Source: Pseudohongiellaceae bacterium (lineage in GTDB: Bacteria; Pseudomonadota; Gammaproteobacteria; Pseudomonadales; Pseudohongiellaceae). Taken from it: a stretch of DNA of 64,000 nucleotides. Below, piece after piece: positions 56,568 to 64,000 of this stretch (positions are counted from its first letter, which is position 1; each line of letters opens with the position of its first letter). The notes beneath the pieces were generated by a model that was not told the origin of the DNA, made no database searches, and saw only the letters and a list, made by a program, of their open reading frames with translations. The stretch lies in assembly GCA_049446715.1 (NCBI GenBank), contig JBMTQX010000009.1, forward strand, positions 3,886-67,885, written 5' to 3'. The translations under genes and the position numbers were made by a program.

Positions 56568-57586
56568 AACGCATCCAGTGCCTGCACGGCCTGCTGCACC
56601 TGTGCCGACGACAGTTGCTTCAGGCATTGGGTATGGCCGAGCGGACACACGCGCTTGAAACACGGACTGCAGTCCAGCCCCAGCGAAACCACCTGTACCC
56701 GGTCTGCCAGTGGCGGCGTGAAGGCCGGCGATGTCGAGCCGTAAATCACCACCAGTGGCCGGGCCAGGGCTGAGGCGATGTGCATCAGGCCGGAGTCGTT
56801 GCTGACCACCTTGTCAGCACAGGCCATCAGGTGCACGGCTTCGGCCAGGGTGGTATCACCGGCCAGGTTCAGGCAGAACTCTGCCAGGGCCGCCGGAACC
56901 TGGCGTTTGATGGTAGTCGCATCTTCCCGGTCATTCGCTGAACCCAGAATCCAGACCTGGCCTTCTTCGGCCAGCCAGTGGGCAGCCACCTCGGCGTAGC
57001 CTGCGGCCGGCCATTTTTTGGCAATCCCGAATTCGGCGCCGGGACACAGCACCATGACCGGCCGCTGCCGATCCAGGCCACGCGTGGCTAGGGTCGCTTC
57101 TGATAACTCGGCACTGACACGCAGTGCCGGTCTCGGCAAGGGGGACGGCAAGGTTTGCCCGACGGGAGAGGCCAGGGCCACGAAGCGTTCCACCATCAGC
57201 GGATACGCAGTCTTGTCCAGCACGCGGCAGTCGTTCAGCAGCCAGGACCGGGCTTCCCCGCGCCAGCCGGTGCGGACAGGAATACCGGCAAACCAGGGAA
57301 TGAGGGCAGACTTGAAGGAATTGGGCAGCACGATGGCCTGGTCAAAACGCTGCTCTTGCAACTGTCTGGCCAGTGCTCGGCGTTTGCCCAGGCCAAGCTC
57401 GCCATGCCCCAAGGTCATCTCGATGGTGCTGCTCACTTGCGGCATGTGGTCCAGCAGGGCCCGGCACCAGGCCGGTGCCAGGACATGGATATCGGCGTCA
57501 GGGTTTTGCTGCTTCAGCGCCATGAACAGGCTTTGCGACATGACCATGTCACCCACCCAGGACGGCCCGATAATGAGAATCTTCAT
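56564..57586 (-). CDS. waaF: ADP-heptose:LPS heptosyltransferase II
   Basis: MKILIIGPSWVGDMVMSQSLFMALKQQNPDADIHVLAPAWCRALLDHMPQV closely parallels the E. coli RfaF N-terminus; ATGA overlap with waaG. Confidence 0.85.
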   Translation of the reverse strand: MKILIIGPSWVGDMVMSQSLFMALKQQNPDADIHVLAPAWCRALLDHMPQVSSTIEMTLGHGELGLGKRRALARQLQEQRFDQAIVLPNSFKSALIPWFAGIPVRTGWRGEARSWLLNDCRVLDKTAYPLMVERFVALASPVGQTLPSPLPRPALRVSAELSEATLATRGLDRQRPVMVLCPGAEFGIAKKWPAAGYAEVAAHWLAEEGQVWILGSANDREDATTIKRQVPAALAEFCLNLAGDTTLAEAVHLMACADKVVSNDSGLMHIASALARPLVVIYGSTSPAFTPPLADRVQVVSLGLDCSPCFKRVCPLGHTQCLKQLSSAQVQQAVQALDAL

Positions 57587-57624
57587 GCCTTACACCCTGG
57601 CCAACCTGACAGGCCGCAACGCCG

Positions 57625-59406
57625 TCAACGGGATTCCGGCGCCACGCGCAGCACTTCGTGCATGGTGGTGATGCCGGCAGCCACTTTCTGCGCCCCACTC
57701 AGGCGCAGGCTGCGCATGCCCTGCTGATACGCCTGCCGGCGCAGTTTTGGCAGATCGTCCTTGGCTTCGGAGAACTGTTGCAGCGCTTCCGAATACGGCA
57801 TGACTTCATAGATGCCCTGGCGCCCCTTGAAGCCGGTCTCCCGGCAATCCAGACAACCGACGGGGTCAAACACCTGTTTCGGTAGCGGCGCGCTCCAGGG
57901 TTTGACCATCGCGTTCCAGACATCGACATCCGGTTCTGCCGGGCGTTTGCAATTCAGGCACAACACCCGGACCAGGCGCTGGGCCACGACACCCACCAGG
58001 GTCGCCTTGATCAGGTAGGACGGGACGCCCAGCTCCAGCAGGCGGGTGATGGCGGTGGGCGCATCGTTGGTGTGCAGTGATGACAACACCAGGTGCCCGG
58101 TCAGGGCGGCCTGGATCGCCATGTCGGCCGTTTCCAGGTTGCGGATCTCACCGATCATGATGATGTCCGGGTCCTGGCGCAGCAGCGCCTTTACGCCACT
58201 GGCAAAGGTCAGGTCGATGTTTTCCTGCACCTGCATCTGGTTGAAGCTGGATTCGACCATCTCGATCGGATCCTCGATGGTGCAGACATTCACTTCCTTG
58301 GTGGCCAGGGTTTTCAGCGTGGAATACAGCGTTGTGGTTTTGCCGCTGCCGGTCGGCCCGGTAATCAGTATGATGCCGGTCTTTTTCCCGATCATCTCCT
58401 GCCAGCGTCCCTGGTCATTGTCGTCAAAGCCGAGGTCGCCGAAGGTTTTCAGCAAGACATCGGGATCAAAGATGCGCATGACCATCTTTTCACCGAACGC
58501 TGTCGGCAACGTGGACAAGCGCAGTTCCACTTCATTGCCTTCCGGGCTCTTGGTTTTCAGGCGCCCATCCTGCGGTTTGCGTTTTTCGGCCACGTTCATG
58601 CGCCCGAGGATTTTCAGGCGACTGGTGACCGCATTAAGCACCTGCATGGGGATCTGGTAGACGGTGTACAGCACACCGTCGATGCGAAACCGGACGTTAC
58701 CCACTTCGCGTCGCGGCTCTATGTGAATATCACTGGCGCGCTGTTCAAAGGCATACTGCAGTAGCCAGTCGACAATACGTACCACCCCCTGGTCATTGGC
58801 CTCGGGGTCTTTCATGTTGCCCAGCTCGAGCATCTGCTCAAGGTTGGTCAGGCCCGGTGCCCGCGAGGAACTGCCGGACTTGGCAATATCGATGGACGCT
58901 GCCAGCCGGTACAACTCTTCGGTCAGGCGTTGCAGGTCGGACGGGTTGGCCACCACGCGCTTGATGGTTTTGCGCGTGACATGTTCCAGGTCCGCTTCCC
59001 AGCTGGCGATAAACGGTTCCGCACTGGCAATGGTGACTTCCGTGGCTGATACGGCCACGGCCATTATTTTATGGCGCTGGGTGAAGGCATAGGACATCAC
59101 CTGGGTCACCTTGGCCGCATCGATGCTCAGTGGATCGATGTGGAAGTATTCCTGCCCGGACAGTTCCGCCAGAAAGCGCGTAAGGGCTTCCAGGGTCAGC
59201 TTGCTGCCGGTATGCAGCTGGTCGTCCAGGTGCTGGTCGGCGATATAGGTCAGGAGGTGGTTTTTCTGCTGGGCAGCGGTGCGGCGACGACCTGCGAGGG
59301 TATCGAGCTGTTCCTGGCAGATACGTCCGGCCTTTTCCAGTTCCCGCAGAAACGCCCCCAGTTCAAGCGGGCAATCCTGCGGCTTGGTGTGTTTGGCAAC
59401 GATCAT
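57625..59406 (-). CDS. GspE/PilB-family secretion ATPase (orphan in this window)
   Basis: 593 aa; T2SSE_N-like N-terminus, Walker A GPTGSGKTTT, Walker B/Asp box DPDIIMIGEIR, tetracysteine CLNC...CLDC. Confidence 0.85.
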   Translation of the reverse strand: MIVAKHTKPQDCPLELGAFLRELEKAGRICQEQLDTLAGRRRTAAQQKNHLLTYIADQHLDDQLHTGSKLTLEALTRFLAELSGQEYFHIDPLSIDAAKVTQVMSYAFTQRHKIMAVAVSATEVTIASAEPFIASWEADLEHVTRKTIKRVVANPSDLQRLTEELYRLAASIDIAKSGSSSRAPGLTNLEQMLELGNMKDPEANDQGVVRIVDWLLQYAFEQRASDIHIEPRREVGNVRFRIDGVLYTVYQIPMQVLNAVTSRLKILGRMNVAEKRKPQDGRLKTKSPEGNEVELRLSTLPTAFGEKMVMRIFDPDVLLKTFGDLGFDDNDQGRWQEMIGKKTGIILITGPTGSGKTTTLYSTLKTLATKEVNVCTIEDPIEMVESSFNQMQVQENIDLTFASGVKALLRQDPDIIMIGEIRNLETADMAIQAALTGHLVLSSLHTNDAPTAITRLLELGVPSYLIKATLVGVVAQRLVRVLCLNCKRPAEPDVDVWNAMVKPWSAPLPKQVFDPVGCLDCRETGFKGRQGIYEVMPYSEALQQFSEAKDDLPKLRRQAYQQGMRSLRLSGAQKVAAGITTMHEVLRVAPESR

Positions 59407-59493
59407 TCGGCGATAACTGGAATTGACTGCTCGAGGGCTTCAGGGAGGAGTGTAAAGCCCCACTTGGGAAAAACAAGCGTAACCTGGAGCTCG

Positions 59494-60459
59494 CTAGGGT
59501 GCCAGCGTACCACGCAGTTTGTTCTCGGCAGTCCGGGCTTTTGGCGAGTCCGTGAATTCCTGTTTCAGTTTACCGATGGTGGTGGATACGGTGCCGTAAC
59601 GTTTCAGGCCGAAACGTCCGGCAATATCCTGCAGGGTTACGCCTGCCACTTCCTGGCACAGGTACATGGCCATCCAGCGTGGCACGTTCTTGGAACCAGG
59701 ACCGCGCGCCGCTTTGAGGATGCTTTTTTCCGGCACCTTGTAATGGGCCGCCACCGCTGACACCACTTTGCTGATGGACGGACGCAGCCGCGCCTGGGCG
59801 CCTTTGGGCTTGCCACGCACCTGGTCAGGTGAGGACTTGGCCTGCATGCGTTTGCGGAAGCCTGGATCACCGAGAATGGAAAGCTGGTTTTTCTTGCCAT
59901 AAAAGTGGCTCAGCTCGGCATCCACACCTTCGGCGACAAATTTTCCGTAACGCGCATTCGGTCGCGGTGCCTTGCCCATGGTGCTGAGCACCGGCTCGCG
60001 ATTGAGCCAGCCGGGCGCTCGCGCCTTGTTCAGGTAAGCCGGCAGCGAGGACCACGGGTAGGTCTCCGGATTCTGGCGTGCCTGCTTCGGCAGACTGTGG
60101 AGATAGCGGGACACGCCCTGCAGGTATTTATTCGGTTGCAGGAGTACGGATTTGTAACGCGCCTTGAATACCGGGCCGCCCTCGTTGCGCATCTTCTGGA
60201 AGTTCTGCGTGTAGAGGCCATCCACCTGTCGCATGAAACGACTGAGGTTACCCTCGGGCGTGCGAATCAGCATGTGGTATTCATTTTTCAGCAGGCAGTA
60301 AGCCAGCACATCAACATTGAGTCGCTGGGCGGCTTCAGCTACCCCGTCAAAGAAGGCCTGGTAATACCTGTTGGAGGGAAAGATGCGGTCATTGTCTTCG
60401 CCACTGTTGCTGACGTGATAGCAGGCGTCTGGAAATTCAATACGTAACGGTCGGGCCAT
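59494..60459 (-). CDS. Y1 (IS200/RAYT-like, COG1943) transposase-fold protein with degenerate HUH, fused to a DnaA C-terminal-like HTH domain
   Basis: RIEFPDACYHV, NEYHMLIRTPEGNLSRFMRQVDGLYTQ (E-Y-H where the family has H-Y-H), VSRYLHSLP; C-terminus NVPRWMAMYLCQEVAGVTLQDIAGRFGLKRYGTVSTTIGKLK resembles DnaA domain IV. Confidence 0.65.
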   Translation of the reverse strand: MARPLRIEFPDACYHVSNSGEDNDRIFPSNRYYQAFFDGVAEAAQRLNVDVLAYCLLKNEYHMLIRTPEGNLSRFMRQVDGLYTQNFQKMRNEGGPVFKARYKSVLLQPNKYLQGVSRYLHSLPKQARQNPETYPWSSLPAYLNKARAPGWLNREPVLSTMGKAPRPNARYGKFVAEGVDAELSHFYGKKNQLSILGDPGFRKRMQAKSSPDQVRGKPKGAQARLRPSISKVVSAVAAHYKVPEKSILKAARGPGSKNVPRWMAMYLCQEVAGVTLQDIAGRFGLKRYGTVSTTIGKLKQEFTDSPKARTAENKLRGTLAP

Positions 60460-60713
60460 GGGTAATGCGGGATTCCTGATTATTATTTTAAGTGCAGACG
60501 GCAGGTGTCCGTGCAGGCACCTGGAATTTTGGCTGTGTTCTTATTCTCTTTCTGAATTTTGGTGTATCAGTGTCTTGCGATCACACAATCAACACGGGCC
60601 TGGCAGCCTTTGTCGCATCCTGCGTGCTGCGGTGAGCATTGTGGATTAATTGTGTAATAAAAGTGCAAAATTGTAGTGGATAATGTCGCGAGAAGACAGG
60701 CCAAAATGCCGCT

Positions 60714-61685
60714 TCAGGGTTTTTCCGCGACAAAAATGGCCCGTACTGGTGCCGGGTAACCTTCAATGGTGATGGCAGGATTGTTGTGGTCCAGCGCCTC
60801 CGGCAGCGATTCGAATGTCATCCATGGCGTGGTGCGCTGCTCCTCCGGCGTGGTTTTCGCCACATTGACCAGGCGAATGTTTTTGTAACCGGCCTTCTTC
60901 AGCCACTCGTGCAGGGTCTCGCATGACGGCAAAAACCAGACGTTAGGCATGCGGGCATAGCGCCCCTGCGGCACCAGTGTCATGCCCTCCCCGCCTTCAA
61001 TAACGAGTGTTTCGAGCACCAGTTCACCGCCGCGGCGCAGGCAGTCTTTCAGACCGTATAGATGATCGAACGGGGAACGGCGATGATAGAGCACGCCCAT
61101 CGAGAAGACTGTGTCGAAGGCGTTCAATCCCTCCGGCAGGTCTTCGAGCGCCAGCGGCACCACATGGACAGGCGGAGTGGCCAGAAAATGACGGATGGCC
61201 CAGTACTGCATGGTGAACAGCAAATGCGAATCCACGCCCAGGACAAAACGGGCGCCGGCGCCGGCCATGCGCCAGCAGTGATAGCCATTACCACAACCGA
61301 CATCGAGCACGGTACGTCCTTCGAGGGGGGCAATATGATCCTTCAGCCGGTCCCACTTCCAGTCGGAGCGCCATTCGGTATCCATATGGATACCAAACAG
61401 TTCAAAGGGACCCTTGCGCCAGGGCTGCAACCGGAGCAGTGTCTGGCTGAGATGTTCGCGTTGGTCAGCGCTGATCTGGCTGGCCTCCCCGATTCGCACG
61501 GCATCAGTCAGCTCAAAGGAAGCCGGTACCAGCGCTGGCAGGGACTGCAATGCCTGAACCCAGCCGGCAAAATCACCATGGTTGAAGGCCGTCAGGAAAT
61601 CTTGCGGTAATGCCGGGATGATTGGCGCGAGCTGGCCGTTTTCTGCCAGGCAGTCCCTGAGTTCGGCATAATCCATCATGGGCAA
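60714..61685 (-). CDS. cmoB: tRNA U34 carboxymethyltransferase
   Basis: 323 aa; VLDVGCGNGYHCWRM SAM motif; directly downstream of cmoA. Confidence 0.9.
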   Translation of the reverse strand: MPMMDYAELRDCLAENGQLAPIIPALPQDFLTAFNHGDFAGWVQALQSLPALVPASFELTDAVRIGEASQISADQREHLSQTLLRLQPWRKGPFELFGIHMDTEWRSDWKWDRLKDHIAPLEGRTVLDVGCGNGYHCWRMAGAGARFVLGVDSHLLFTMQYWAIRHFLATPPVHVVPLALEDLPEGLNAFDTVFSMGVLYHRRSPFDHLYGLKDCLRRGGELVLETLVIEGGEGMTLVPQGRYARMPNVWFLPSCETLHEWLKKAGYKNIRLVNVAKTTPEEQRTTPWMTFESLPEALDHNNPAITIEGYPAPVRAIFVAEKP

Positions 61686-61694
61686 TGGCTCCTG

Positions 61695-62426
61695 TCAGAC
61701 TGCCTTGACGGCAACCATGGAGGCAAAGTTGAAACACTGGAACCAGACATCGAAGGACTCAAAGCCGGCTGCCTGGATGCGTCGCTCGTGCTCGCCAATG
61801 GTTTCCGGGATCAGCACTTTTTCCAGTGCGGCGCGTTTGCGGCTGATTTCCAGTCGTGAATAGCCCTGCTGCTCCTTGAAGCGATGATGCATTTCTATGA
61901 ACAGGTCGTTTAGGACCGCATCCTCGAAACGGATTTTTTCCGACAGGATGAGCAGACCACCGGGTAACAGGCCGGTATAGATTTTCTGCATCAGCGCATC
62001 GCGCTGTTCTGGCTGGACAAACTGCAAGGTAAAGTTCATCACCACGATAGAGGCGTTTTCGATGGTGCTGTTGAGAATATCTTCGCACTGGACGGTTACC
62101 GGGACCTGGCCGTCTTCGGCAGCAAACACTTCCTGACAGCCCGCCACCATGGCCGGCGAATTATCAATACCGATGATTTCACAACCCGTGGCCGTGATGC
62201 TGCGACGCATGGACAGGCTGGCAGCTCCCAGCGAACAACCGAGATCGTAACAGCGGCTGTCTGGCTGAGCGTATTCAGCTGCGAGCGTGCCAATCATGGC
62301 AATGATGGTGGTGTAACCGGGCACTGAGCGATTGATCATGTCCGGAAATACCGCCACGACCTTTTCATCAAAGACAAAGTCGGTGTGCGGTATGCCGCTG
62401 GCGTAAAGAGTATCGCGGGCGGCCAA
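61695..62426 (-). CDS. cmoA: Carboxy-S-adenosyl-L-methionine synthase
   Basis: FDEKVVAVFPDMINRSVPGY...YDLGCSLGAASL; cmoA-cmoB pair. Confidence 0.9.
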   Translation of the reverse strand: MAARDTLYASGIPHTDFVFDEKVVAVFPDMINRSVPGYTTIIAMIGTLAAEYAQPDSRCYDLGCSLGAASLSMRRSITATGCEIIGIDNSPAMVAGCQEVFAAEDGQVPVTVQCEDILNSTIENASIVVMNFTLQFVQPEQRDALMQKIYTGLLPGGLLILSEKIRFEDAVLNDLFIEMHHRFKEQQGYSRLEISRKRAALEKVLIPETIGEHERRIQAAGFESFDVWFQCFNFASMVAVKAV

Positions 62427-62428
62427 AA

Positions 62429-62854
62429 TCAGGCTCCGATCTCGGCCTCTTTGTATCCCTGGCCCAGTAGTGCCTCACGAATGCGCCCGGCTGTTGCTGC
62501 CAGGGCTTCAGGGCTGGCTTCGCGGGCGTTTTTGAAATCCATGTCAGCGGTGGTATCCATCGGCATCAGGTGGATATGGGTGTGGGGCACTTCGATGCCT
62601 ATGATCGATACACCGATACGCTTGCACGGCACGACTGCCTTCACGGCTTTCGCCACCTTCTGGCTGACACTGATCAGATGCCGGGCCGTGTCTTCAGGCA
62701 CATCATCCCAGTGATTGACTTCTTCCTTGGGAATGACCATGCAGTGACCCTCACGGATCGGCATGATAGTCATGATGGCAATGCACAGGTCATCATCCCA
62801 GACAAAATACCCCGGTATTTCTCCGGCAATGATCTTGGTAAAAATACTGGCCAC
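62429..62854 (-). CDS. HIT-family (HINT-like) nucleotide hydrolase
   Basis: MASIFTKIIAGEIPGYFVWDD and the histidine triad HTHIHLMP. Confidence 0.85.
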   Translation of the reverse strand: MASIFTKIIAGEIPGYFVWDDDLCIAIMTIMPIREGHCMVIPKEEVNHWDDVPEDTARHLISVSQKVAKAVKAVVPCKRIGVSIIGIEVPHTHIHLMPMDTTADMDFKNAREASPEALAATAGRIREALLGQGYKEAEIGA

Positions 62855-62936
62855 AGGCGATCCTTTATATGAACTGATTTATGCCGTGATGGGCGTTGCA
62901 TCCTGCCCATGCCGGCTTTTCAAGAAGCTCCGCATT

Positions 62937-63245
62937 TTACAGCAAGGCCAGTGCGCCGTCATGACGCGCGGGGACGACACAAAAAATCCGCACGGTGGTG
63001 CAGGTTTCGGAATGCTCGCGCTTCAGCCAGAACAGGACGCTTATGGTAGCCACTTCTTCACGTATGCGATTGATGACCGGTGACATACTGAACTTGTCGA
63101 TATTGCCATCCTGCCAGGGGAAGGCGCAGACATAGGTCGCGGGTGAGTGGTTGGCATGGTCTTGATCGAACATGGAAACCGATACCTGCGAACTGTTGGG
63201 CTTGATACTACGATGCCTGATGACTGGCGCATCCCCGCCGATCAA
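62937..63245 (-). CDS. Hypothetical small protein
   Basis: 102-aa ORF (alternative start 63173) filling the gap between the HIT and Lrp genes on the same strand; no recognised motif. Confidence 0.3.
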   Translation of the reverse strand: MIGGDAPVIRHRSIKPNSSQVSVSMFDQDHANHSPATYVCAFPWQDGNIDKFSMSPVINRIREEVATISVLFWLKREHSETCTTVRIFCVVPARHDGALALL

Positions 63246-63312
63246 GGTGCTTCACTAAATTACGTTATAACCAAGCCAGCCCCCGACCTCTGCCAGTGTT
63301 GGCCAGCACACA

Positions 63313-63783
63313 TCATGAGGACTCGATCGGCAATTCCGTCTTGGCGATCACCTGGCGCAACACAAAACTGGAGTGGACATCGGACACGCCTGGCAGGGGG
63401 GTAATCTTATTCAGCAGGAAGTCCTGGTATTCCTCCATATCCTTCACCAGTACCTTTACCTGGTAGTCAGCCGACTGACCCGTAATCAGGATCAGCTCCA
63501 GCACCTGCGGATAACTTTTCAGGGTTTCCTCAAACTGGGCAAAGCGATCCGGAGTATGGCGGTCCATGCGAATTTGGATCAGCGCCAGCATCTTCAGCCC
63601 CAGTGCAGACCCGTTCACCAGCGCCACATACTTGTTGATGATGCCCGCCTCCTCCAGCTGCCTAACCCGTCGCAGGCAGGGTGAGGGTGACAACCCCACC
63701 TTTTCTGCCAGGTCCTGGTTGCTGATGCGGCCGTCTTCCTGCAGCACCTGCAAGATGCCACGATCCATTCTGTCGAGTTCCAT
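63313..63783 (-). CDS. Lrp/AsnC-family transcriptional regulator
   Basis: LDRMDRGILQVLQEDGRISNQDLAEKVGLSPSPCLRRVRQLEEAGII HTH plus a RAM/ACT-like C-terminus; AT-rich divergent promoter region 63784-63962. Confidence 0.9.
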   Translation of the reverse strand: MELDRMDRGILQVLQEDGRISNQDLAEKVGLSPSPCLRRVRQLEEAGIINKYVALVNGSALGLKMLALIQIRMDRHTPDRFAQFEETLKSYPQVLELILITGQSADYQVKVLVKDMEEYQDFLLNKITPLPGVSDVHSSFVLRQVIAKTELPIESS

Positions 63784-64000
63784 GCTGCTGCCCCGATTCT
63801 GCTATTTTGAGCTTAAACGGCATTATATGCCTTTTAAATTATATTTATAGCTATATATTGCCAATATTGTGTTTTTTATGGCGATATTCGCAATATTTTT
63901 TCGCCAGGCTTCCTGTACACTACACGCCCTGTTCAGCACCATTGTGACCAATAAGGATTTCCGTGAAACGTTACGACCCCAGCAAGTACAAGGCATTCAC

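Noticed and set aside
59494-60459. Assigning the Y1-like gene as the cognate RAYT of the REP families in this window
   Set aside because: Canonical RAYTs are short, keep an intact HUH and are flanked by their own REPs. This protein has a degenerate HUH and an extra DnaA-like domain, and no REPs lie nearby, so the link is left open rather than claimed.
63963-64000. Start of a + strand ORF (GTG AAA CGT TAC GAC ...) at the window edge, divergent from the Lrp-family gene
   Set aside because: Only 38 nt are visible, which is too short to support any call.
1-64000. tRNA, rRNA, tmRNA, RNase P, CRISPR arrays, prophage or integrase genes
   Set aside because: Scanning the intergenic regions by eye showed no cloverleaf-compatible sequences, conserved RNA signatures, spaced direct repeats or recombinase ORFs.

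Overview
GC-rich (high-50s % by eye, not computed) chromosomal segment from a gammaproteobacterium; the exact taxon cannot be determined from this window. It is mostly core housekeeping genes in familiar syntenic blocks: rnr-rlmB, rpsF-rpsR-(membrane ORF)-rplI (no priB), dnaB-alr, radA, orn/rsgA, psd, epmA-efp/epmB, parC-parE-yqiA-cpdA-yqiB-nudF/tolC, an LPS-core and lipid A block (waaA, hldE, lpxL-like, waaP, waaG, waaF), and cmoB-cmoA. Accessory material sits between these blocks. It includes a HigBA toxin-antitoxin cassette bracketed by REP doublets, a membrane-anchored winged-helix regulator with a TonB-dependent receptor, and a DUF945 gene next to a triple DnaT-like-repeat gene. It also includes a split spermidine-synthase-like pair, an M13 peptidase/PLA2-like lipoprotein string, and a cluster of degenerate signalling proteins. 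The last accessory pair is a Y1-transposase-like/DnaA-C fusion next to an orphan GspE-type ATPase. Three genes look disrupted (DUF1348, an EamA transporter, a response regulator). I saw no rRNA, tRNA or CRISPR array. Non-coding signals of note: two GTAG-headed REP families, a 273-bp composite palindrome, and a 10-bp palindrome repeated in two promoters. Others are an orphan + strand intrinsic terminator (candidate sRNA), a ~100-nt polypyrimidine tract with 16-nt periodic anti-SD-like repeats between efp and epmB, a perfect 21-bp hairpin between parE and parC, and a long structured region upstream of tolC. I found no clear-cut novel multi-gene system. The best candidate is the Y1/DnaA-C plus GspE pair at 57.6-60.5 kb. 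All functional calls rest on motif and family recognition by eye, not on searches.
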